Shown: one piece after another, positions 53,876 through 64,000 of the stretch
Position numbering within the stretch: the stretch's first letter is position 1
How the letters are laid out: each line of letters opens with the position of its first letter
Assembly: GCA_009103225.1 (NCBI GenBank)
Contig: RHPI01000249.1
Span: forward strand, 310,006-374,005
Reading direction: 5' to 3'
From: Chlorokybus atmophyticus
Taxonomy: Eukaryota > Plantae > Mesostigma and Chlorokybus algae
Length of the DNA: 64,000 nt
Notes under the pieces: generated by a model
The model's input: the letters and a program-made list of their open reading frames with translations, nothing else
Told to the model about the DNA's origin: nothing
The model's database searches: none
Made by a program: the position numbers and the translations under genes

Positions 53876-56800
53876 ATGAGGATATCCAGGCTTGTCCTCC
53901 TCTCCGTGCTGGTTGTATTAGCTGCAGTTGGTGCGCATGCCAGAAAGGAGGGCGGGAAGGTGGGCGGCTTCCCAGGCTTGACGCCCTTCAGCTTAGCTGC
54001 CACCGCTGCCGCTGGCGATGGAGCCTCCCAAGCTGCTTCCCGCATGCGATCCGGCAGCCAGCCTCAGGCACCACCTTTGTTACAGGCAAGCAACGGGGAT
54101 AAGCTTATTGTTGCTGGCAGATCTCACCACATAGAACAGATCACTTGACACACAATGCAGTCCAATGGAAGTACGCTGTGGCAAGAATGTCTTCATTGTG
54201 GACAGAACAAGCATGACTTCAAGCAGTCCAATTATCCAGCATGAACGACAGACCGCAAGTTGTGAACATCAAGCTCGTCGCCTTGTGCTTGTAAACCGTC
54301 GCATGGATATGAGACTGAAGTGCTCACTGTGTTCACACGTTATGTGCAACACAACAGCTGTTGCAGATACACAACAGCTGCCTTGTGCACAAACTTTAAC
54401 TTTTCAGCTTAGATCATGCACTGACGCTTCGGCTATCGTGCGTCGCAGGGCCCGCAAGTACAAACACACACGCTCGAGGGTGTGGAGTGCGTGCTGATTG
54501 ATGCCAGGAGCAAGCCTGGGCAGGCAGCGGCACTGGTGGAGCAGCTGGAGGCCTTCGGGTTGGCAAAGGGGGTGGCTGTTGCAGGCGATGTCGTGAGCTT
54601 CAAGCTGCCTCTCAGCCGTGTAGTTGAGCTGAACAGCCTGTCCGCACTCAGCTTCGCCATGCGATCACTTGCTGTCACGCATGTTGGCAAAGTCCAGTCT
54701 CAGGGCGACAAAGCCATGCGCAGCGACGTGCTCAAGGCCAGCGTTGCAGGCCTCACGGGTGCTGGAGTCAAAGTGGGCGTGCTTTCCGACTCATACAACG
54801 TAAGTGGTTCGCTGTGTTGTGTTGTGCAGTGCTGCGCGGGCGCACATGCTTAGCGTGTAGCACCACCCGTCTCATGCGTGGTGCTGCGCAGGCATTGAGA
54901 GGAGCAGCAAGCGATCTTGGTAGGTCTTCTGCATGCTTGAGGACATGCGCACTCTGTGCGTGTGCCTTCAACATCGCGTGTATGCTTGTGTGTAGGCGTG
55001 GTTTTGTGCTTGTGCTTGTGCTTGTGCTTGTGCTTGTGCTTGTGCTTGTGCTTATGCTTGTGCTTGTGTGGCACAAGCTCAGCCCTTGCTGACTTCTCGA
55101 CTTGCCGCAGCAAGCAAGGACCTTCCTCCAAATGTTAAAGTCCTCAAGGATCTGCCTTATGGGGCTGATGAGGGCAGGGGAATGCTACAGATAGTGCATG
55201 ATGTGGCCCCCGGTGCCGCACTCTACTTCTACACCGCGTTTGACGGGCTGGCCGATTTTGCCAACGGTATCATCACGCTTGCCGAGGCGGGCTGCAAGGT
55301 CATGTGAGTGCAACACTTAGAGTGTACACAATGCAATGGGGTCACATGCATAACATTGCATATATGTTACACACTAAACTATACACATATGCAGAGTGCA
55401 AGTGCACACACACACATCTCAACTGCTGTGCCACATCAAATAAGCACTTGCATGGTTCTCTGCAGAGTTGACGATGTTGTGTATTATGCCGAGCCGTTCT
55501 TTGAGGACGGCATTGTAGGTAAGCATTGATGTGAGTAACACACATTGACCACAGAGTGTTCGCCTTAACAGTGGCATAATGAGTGCCATCATACTGCAGC
55601 CCAAGCGATTGACCAAGTCAAGTCACAAGGCATTGCATATTTTTCAGCTGCTGGTAACCAGGGACGCGAATCCTGGGAGACAGGTACGATCTGTTAATAG
55701 CTGTGAAGTCAACGTGTCAACCTGTCAGCACCAAAGCGATGTTGTGTATGTGCGCAGTTAAGTGGAGGGAAGACAATGATGGTTACTACTTGTTTGATGC
55801 AACATTCAACATGCAACAATTCTATGTCCCACCTGGATCGTTCGTGACGTTCGTCATGCAAGTATGTCAATGCGTGCCCACAGCTCAGCAGCGTATGGAG
55901 CATGGTGCACTTATTCATGGTTGCCCTACTTACGCATGAGTTCACGCAGTGGGACCAACCGTTTGGCAAGTCTGCCTCAGACCTTGATCTTGAGGTGTTT
56001 TTGTACGACTCCAAAGCGGACGAGTTCTACCCTTACACGGCTGACAACGCAGATAACACCAATGGCGATCCGGTTGCTGTAAGTTCATTTCATGTATTGG
56101 TATTCAGCTCACCTTTGCGCCACCTCTTCATTGTGAAATGACTGATGTGCAGATTGTCAGCATCGAGAACAGCGATACTAGGCAGGGAGGCTATGTGTAC
56201 ATTGCCATAAAACGTTCCAGCGGCCCAAAGCCCGGCCGTGTCAAGTACGCTTGGTTTGGGTCGGGAACGCCGACAGAACACCTCACTGACTCTCCCGCAT
56301 CATTTGGTCACTCGCAGGCCGAGGGCGCGTTCTCGTGCGCAGCAGCATAGTAAGCATTTGTGTGTAACTGTTTGCTTTAAGCGTGTTGATGCAGATGCAT
56401 GTGGTGAGCTAACACGCCGTGACAACTTAACAGTTACCCGCAAACGCCGCCTTTTGGAACAAACCCAGCTGTGTTGGAAACCTTCAGCTCATTCGGCGGA
56501 ACTCCAACGATTTTCTCCTCATCTGGCGTTAGGTGCGGCTTTCATCCCGATGTTGTGGATAATATCTGATCGACACTTGCTTGCAAGTGTTAACAACTCT
56601 ACTACTGATTGCGTAGGCTTGCAAAGCCGATTGTGCGCTTGAAGCCAGATGGCTGCGGCCCAGGTGGGTTGCTGAGGAGGCAGAGTGGTTGTGGGCAGTG
56701 AGCCTCTCTCTGCTGTTGTGGTTATCCGCATCAGGAAATTGACTGGGTATGATGCAGATGGAGCCGACACGACATTCTTTGGGGGTCAAGACCGCGATGG

Positions 56801-58430
56801 CAACGGCAAGCCCAATTTCAGCGGCACATCTGCCTCTGCGCCACACATCGGCGCCTTGGCGGCGCTTCTGCGCCAAGCCAACCCTGCATTGACTCCCGAT
56901 CAAGTGTACGACATCCTGCGTCTAACGGCTGACAACATGAATCCTTACACCTCTCGCTTCAACTTTGGTGCAGGGTGAGTGAGACAGAATCGGCCTGTCT
57001 AGCACGTGTGGCGCACACAAAGCCACGCATTCCTGCATTCACAGGCGCGCATGCGCGCCAACATGCATGCCTGTAGTACATTGCTACGCACGCGCATCTG
57101 CACACGCACAGGCATAGACACACAGGTACAGCACTTACTCACAAGACTATGCGCTTACTCACTTCACAACTGTGTAGGTATGGTCTCGTGAACGCACTAT
57201 CGGCATACACGGCAGCAAAATGCCGGACTGCGTGCGGCAAGACGACGGTCACGTGGCCCTTCCATCTGGACGCCGGTTGCGGGCCGAGCGGCTATCATCT
57301 GGGCTGCAAGTCAGGTGTTTTGAGTCTCACAACCCCCTCGGGAACATACACTGTTGCCCTGCCGCTCCGCACGAGCTACTTGCTGCTGGCGAGCGCTGTC
57401 ACGACGAAGCTCACCGCATATGGCTGTCCCAACGGCGACACCGCAAGGTCCTTCTCCGCCGTCAACACGTCTTACACCATTAGCGCACGCAACGTGGTGA
57501 TGGGCTACGGCACCAACGGCAGGGCGAGCTTCACCACGTACTCGGCCACAGGAGCACGCATTGCGTCTAGCAGCTGTTCCACCAACACTAACGGCGTGCC
57601 GAGCTACTGCAACGGGACGCAATGCTGCACAATGCCTCTCGCAAAAGACTCCTCTCGCATCTCCTTCTCCGGTACAGGCAACTGCGGCGGGGCGGACATT
57701 CTGTACCCGCCTGCTGTGGTTAGCAGGATCACTCCCGCCAACACCAAGACCAACTATTTCCTCCGCCTTGACTTTTCTGCACCAGTCAGGTGGCAATGCG
57801 CGCGTGTCTACACATTGGGCCATCGTGTTCATGTCTCAATGTCAGTGTGTATAGCATTCAACCCAACCACTTACACATGCGGACCCACCTCTTAGGCCCA
57901 GGAGCACTCAAGCATGCGAAGCAATCGTCTGGTCTTTGGCAGCTTACAAATGCCGCTGGCCGCTCAACTTGCAGCCCTCCACACGGCTGCGGGATGCTTT
58001 TGGCCGCACGGCTGCTGATCAGGCAGTCATAGACTCCAGGTTCCCTACCTCAACCACACTGCAGCAAGCACTCATGTCGGTCGCCGAGCGCGCAGTAAGC
58101 ATAGTGTATGAGAATGAGCAGTTGTGCACACATGATGCTCAGAGCATTAACGTTGTCCTCACTGTGTGCAGTACTCACAGCTCGGAGTCAAAGCAGTTGT
58201 GGCTCTGCTGAACTCCTACCGAGTGCGCTATCCCCTATACCCCAAAGAAGTGCAACAGCAGTTCATTGATGCTCTTCAATCCTCCAAGCAAGGTACACAT
58301 GCATAGACTGAGTCTCTGGCAAGTGCTGTGTTTGCATGCCTGACTGGAATATTGCTCCGCAGCTGTAGAACAAACGAATACCTTTCTGAAGTACAATGCC
58401 AACCAGTGGTGCCCGCTCACAACATGTTGA
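53876..58430 (+). CDS. Secreted chimera: signal peptide, prodomain, bacterial-type S8/S53-like peptidase, GUB_WAK-like domain and PDF1-like domain (16 exons, intact frame)
   Basis: MRISRLVLLSVLVVLAAVGAHA; SQGDKAM..GLTGAGVKVGVLSDSYN; DEGRGMLQIVHDVAPGA; IVDDVVYYAEPFFEDG; YFSAAGN; WDQPF; LETFSSFGG; NFSGTSASAPH; CRTACGKTTVTWPFHLDAGCGPSGYHLGC...CNGTQCC; AFG...TLQQAL...LLNSYRVRYP...FIDALQSSK. All junctions splice in frame (the first donor is ambiguous). Confidence 0.88.
55004..55068. repeat. (TTGTGC)n hexamer microsatellite, intronic
   Basis: About 10 tandem units in intron 3 of the peptidase gene. Confidence 0.95.
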
Positions 58431-61400
58431 CAGCACCCGCGATCAGCGATCTAGCATAGATGGAGATTCATTGGCGAGTTGGACAGGTTTGCGGTATATT
58501 GCAATGGACTATTGGTGTAGCAATGGAACTGGTTACTTGGGTTCCTGTAGTTGTTGAGCTTAAGGATAAGGATGCTAGTAGAGACGTTGATACAGTCTAC
58601 TCGCGTTGGTGTCACGCCAGTTAACAGTGTAATTGCGTTATAAGAACCAGTCTTAAAGTATCACGTATGTGGGGGAAGTTCATGTCACTATAAGACCTGT
58701 CACATTCGTTGTATGAACCAGCAATGGTTGTAGAGCGGTTCTTGTAATGAATATGTTAATGTAGTTTACTGACTTGGTTGTCTGTAATCAAACATATGCT
58801 AATGTATGTTGACATTATGTTTATGCAATCACAATTTATGGTTTTTCTTATGAGAACCACCAGACAGAATGGTGTGGTGGTGGTTACAATGGGACTAGAA
58901 TACTGCGTTATGAGAAAGAAAAGGTGGAGGCAGGTGTAGTTGCTGTAACGAGCGTAGGCTGTAGTGAGTTTTGTTAGCCGCTAACGGCGGCGCGAGGGAT
59001 GAACATGCCTTAATCTGGCTTCACCCGTTATTAGCTTGGCTGCACATAGCAATAGCTCGACATTGCCAATCGCATTAATAGTATCAACATTGCAGGTGGA
59101 TGGGCATTTCGACTATGGTGGTGTTACGACTTGGCATAATGGTAGGCAGTTTCTGACATCAAGAACTTGTTTCACATTGATGCATTCATGCTGATTGGCT
59201 TACAATCATCGTTCTGCATTGTTTGGTTGATGGTACCATGGATAGTAATTAGTGTCCTGTATACTTGTCGTGCAACATGCGCCGCATGATGTGCATATCG
59301 TGCTGTACACACATGCAGCATGTGACATGCACGCATGCGCGCTCTATATTTTATAAAAAAACACCATATTGTGACTTTGGTAGGTATGCTGACAGAACTG
59401 AAAGTGATTGACAACCGGGGACTCAACAATACGAGACCTTCAATTGCGAAGGGTGGCTTCCACGCATTTCGTGACATTATGACATATGCTTGTCCGCTTG
59501 TGCTTATGCTTGTGAGCCTTGCATCCTTTGCTATAATGCTATGCAATACTATACCCTTTATGCAACAAAATTGTTACAATGTGTTAAATATATATATATA
59601 TACTGTTTGAACTGCTAAACGTGGGTGATTAAAGATAAACTTTGATGGTTGCCATAACAGCACATGCTATTTCAACGCAGGTAAATTGTAGGCGTTACAA
59701 CTTGACACAAATACATTATTTTTAAATATTCCGCAGACATGCTTTTTAAAGGCGCGTCATACAATGGTGCAATTGCAAGCTATTGATACAATCTTACCCT
59801 TTGTAAATTTTGCACAATAAGATGAATGAAAACTGTATTGACAATGATAATAATTGAAGGAGTACAATAATTAACCGTATTATTTTCATGATTGTTATAC
59901 AACAGCTGTATTTATGCTTGCACTACGGTGGGTGCATTTGTCATTAATAGTTTGGATACCCCACATTTAAAATGTTAACTTACCCATCATGTCCTCATGT
60001 ACTTAAGGCATTGTGAAAGATGAATCGTGCTAATTGTTGTTACAAGTGTAATCATGCTCGAGTAAACGTGCATCGCTTTGTCAAGTACGCGCATTACTCT
60101 TATCATGTATGGAATGAGGCTGAGGGTCAAAGGTATCTTATTTTATCTTCTAAGGAACATGCTAACATCCATATTACTATCGCTATCGCTGTCGCTGCTC
60201 TCCTCGCAGCTAGCAAGTGTGGGCGCGTATAATCTTCCACGCCGTCTCAGCTTTGTCAACCACGTCGGCATGCATGCGCGGGGCATTTCGTAGCGCGTTA
60301 CCCTGCACCAAGCAACATGCCGAAAGCGGTGATGCGCACATGAGCTCGAGATTGTGGTTGACAACACAAATACCGGTAATATCACTACCATTATCAACAG
60401 CGTTGTGTCTATATGTTCGTACGCGCGCCACGTGGTGGCTAATATGTATATATGCGTTTGCGTTGCGTTTCGCACGTGGCCGGAGGCCACTATGGACCAA
60501 CCATGAAAATTGGATGAAAGGCATTGGGGCGTATTAAGATGGTAAAGCCCAATGCATTCTATTCCCACCGTCGAGTGAGTAGCCATAAATGTGCGGCTGC
60601 GACATCTGCTGCAGCAGCTGCCGCTGCTCACCCCTTGGCGTCGGCATCTGCTGCCGCAGCGCAAGGGGTGAGCAACTGTAACATGAGGCCTCACGGACTC
60701 GACCATAAAGACCTAAATGGGGTTTTAAAGTTCCAATCCTTAGGCTTTTACGCTAATCATTACCCACTTCGTAACAGCAGCGGCAGCTTCAAACTTTGAC
60801 GGACACCAGCTTGGAGCGACGGCGGTGGGCCTTAGACATGCAAGGCGGCCACGCCCGCAGGCAACAGCTGCGGGGGCAATGCAGGCCAGGAGGGCGGCGG
60901 CGAGCAGCGGCAGGCTAAGGCGGCGCAGCCAGCCAGGCTAGAGGGGTTTGTTGTTTTATTGTTGTTTTTTGCCATTGTTCAGTGCTTGACCTCACGGCCT
61001 TGCTGCTGGGTAGAGCAGGAGGGCGGCGGCGAGCAGAGCCTGGCCAAGGCGGCGCCACTTAATCAGGCCAGGTGGGTTTTTTAAATAGCCAACCAATTAA
61101 TGCGTGCATGTGTTACCGTGTGCATATAGTGCGTGTTCGATTATGTATGTGAGCTTCGCAGGTGCGTGCGTGCGTGCGTGCGTGCGTGCGTGTGTCTGTG
61201 TGTGTTTGCATGTGTGTGTGTCTATAGCCATATTATATGTAGCTTTATTCTCATATATGTAATTCGTGAATGATAAGGAGCGCGCACAGTCAAGAGTTGT
61301 TAATGGCATAGTAGCTTCCATGAGGTGTTTGTACAAGCTCCATGAGAGATACACTTACGCTATGGAGGACGTGGTGCAAGTCGTAGATGATGAGTTACAT

Positions 61401-62300
61401 GGGCACATTAATAGACGCTACGAATCAATAAGAGAGGCTGCTTGGCACGCAAACGGCTTAATGAAGAGGGCAACTGATAGTAGTGTCAATACACACTTCA
61501 GATATAAAAAGGTCGTGGTTGATCATGCTGAGTTAAACACATGGGTGATAGATCTGCATGGATGACATGCTGGATGTATGCATTCATGCACACACTTGCG
61601 CGTGCAAAAGTTTGCACACATTCGCACGCATGTCGCCCTACGAATGCACATGCAAGCATATATGTCAACACGCATGTGCAACGCTGTGCCAGCGCATGCA
61701 TACCACCCGGTCAATGATATGGTGTATGGCTGACTTGCAGCGATTTTATAGCAAGTAGGTAACAAGGTGAAGGAGCATGATGTAGACCAAGGAGAATCAG
61801 CTGCATTTAATAATGTATGTATTTGTGCATTCATGCTATGCAAGCAAAGTGTACAAGCAACAGTAGACAAGCACAGGCTTCCAAAGCACAAATTACTTAT
61901 CCCCTGTGCCCTTCGCTACCAATTGTTGGCATGTGTTATGTCATGAATGGTGGTATAGGCAATGCAAGTAGCACAACATCATGTGTCACTACCTCAACAT
62001 GCATTGTGTACGTATGCACATGTTATGCCGAAGCTAGTGCACTTGGATAGTCGGCCTGAGTGTGACTGAACTACATCGATATTGACGTGACACTAGCATA
62101 TGCGCCGTTGGCATGTGATGAATGCACAACAATACTGCGAATGTACTTTAGTAGTTTGAGCACATGATGGGCAAGTATGCACAGCACTCTGACTGACTCA
62201 GATAAAGATACGAAGACAGTTGCATCGAATGCTATTTGCCTCAATGTTCACAGAGGATACATGATATGCAAACAGACATCAATTTCAATTGCGCTCGTTT

Positions 62301-62304
<4 letters not shown>

Positions 62305-62355
<51 letters not shown>
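62305..62355. repeat. (AT)n microsatellite
   Basis: Direct reading of the sequence. Confidence 0.97.
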
Positions 62356-62365
<10 letters not shown>

Positions 62366-64000
62366 TATATATACGTATATACATCGTACATAGTATGTAA
62401 ACCAGTCATTATAATTGTGTATTATATTCGTGCTACATTGCATGATAATCAACTTATGTCAATCAATAACCCACGCTATCATGCATTTGATTTGCACGTG
62501 CGTCTGTCCAGCACAAATTGATCAGGACACATTACGCAATGCAAGCATATATGTCTTTTTCCACCAATGCTCTTTTGAGTTCCCAGTCGTATCTCTGGCG
62601 ACGCATATTGCAATGCACTATTATGTTGCTACATGTTTTGATGCCAACTCAACGCATGTCATTGTTATGAGACCCCTTATATACACTTCAATAATACATA
62701 TGCTCGAACGTAAGTATTTAACATGTGTACATGTATACATAATGCATAATTTTACCCATTACCGTTCCCCGCTTCCAACATAGTGCCCCCTTTATATTTT
62801 ATCAAATGCGGCCCCGAATAGCATTGCTAACGATAATTTATGTGCATTCCATCAGTAAGGGGGCACAGTATTACATAGATTGCCTGCGCTGATTATGCAT
62901 GTTTGAATGCATTGCCATAATACATGATTACTTACATTATTTAAATGGATACATAAACTTAACATTTGCTATATTTATTGTGTAATACGAAAAAGGGGCA
63001 TAGTTTAGCCCAACAGTGCCCCCGTAAAAAGTACAAGGGGGTAGTTGTAACATGTACAGTGAGGGCATCGTAAACGAGTGAATACAATAAGTTTATGTTG
63101 TCCCATGACCAGGTATAATTATAAGGAGAGTGGTCCATTGTACTCGCCATGAGTCATGTACGACATGATGGGCGATGTACATCTCGTGGTTTCAAGATGC
63201 ACCACATTACCCATCAGTGCAGCTGTAAATAAGCAATGTCAATAAAACTAGCAAAGCCATTATCTTTAGACAAGCTGTTTTAGCGGGTCATTACGGTTTA
63301 TCTTTAATAATGTGCACGCTCACAATAACCGCATAAACTTGGCCGACAGTAACAATTTCAGATGCACGTGTCCGTCAAGTACATACATATCCATATTGAC
63401 ATTGTATGTTGTGTGATGCATTTCAAGCGGGTACATCACTTATGCACTCAACGAGAGTGTATGAACTTAACAAGTACATACGCCCATTATTGACGTCACA
63501 CAGTGCTGGGAATTGAGCCCGCGTCTGCGGGGCAGCAGAAGACGGCACAGCCGTGTCGGAACCTGCCGAAACAGGCATCCTCAACACGTGCGCAAGGCTG
63601 GTGTTGGAGTGTGCTCCCCATGAAGCGTACCGCACATGCAATGGCTGATTAAGCTGCTACCATGGTGCGGCATGTTGTCCACTGATCGACCTGCCTCTGG
63701 TCTGGACCTGTAGCGCTGTACGACAAAGCATCCATGGCGCCGACCACACAGTAAGGCCCCTTCGTGATAAACTGTGGTTTGGCAAGTGGTGATTCCCGCG
63801 GGTTTCGCCAAGAGTTGGTCAGCGGTTTCGCCAGTTTTCTAAAAAGACCCCATTTTCCCATTCTGGTGATTGGCGAAACCTGCCAATGCCCGCCAAACAG
63901 GCAACTTTGGCGGGGAATCACACTGTGACACAATTGTATCATCATTTGGTTGGATAGTGTTGAGGTAGTGATGTAGATCAGAAAGGCAGGAGGAAGGGGG

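Noticed and set aside
54850-55131. Poly-HK / poly-VL / poly-CL ORFs
   Set aside because: Translations of the intronic hexamer microsatellite.
63499-63925. hAT-like termini (CAGTGCTGGGAATT and the reverse complement of CAGTGTGATTCCCC)
   Set aside because: The two ends do not form a matching inverted repeat and no 8-bp TSD was found.

Overview
Eukaryotic, intron-rich nuclear DNA whose gene content points to a green plant lineage, most likely an early-diverging streptophyte alga (inference). The window has two halves. About 1-34.3 kb is decayed: chromodomain Ty3/Gypsy remnants, a degenerate L1-type LINE with two Nudix-like inserts and no visible APE endonuclease, four LRB/POB1-like BTB-BACK pseudogenes (three head-to-head with an F-box/LRR-like pseudogene, forming a repeated cassette), and a multi-TM Lipase_3 pseudogene. 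About 34.5-58.4 kb holds apparently intact spliced genes: a BRI3/LITAF-like protein, TMEM120, a membrane-anchored LacZ-like GH2 beta-galactosidase, NAA10, a plastid PLAT-like/CGL160-like protein, and a 16-exon secreted chimera. The chimera is the top finding: a bacterial-type S53-like peptidase fused to a WAK galacturonan-binding-like domain (one symmetric phase 2-2 exon) and a PDF1-like C-terminal domain. No rRNA, tRNA or CRISPR was seen. All family assignments come from manual splicing and recalled motifs; no database search was run.
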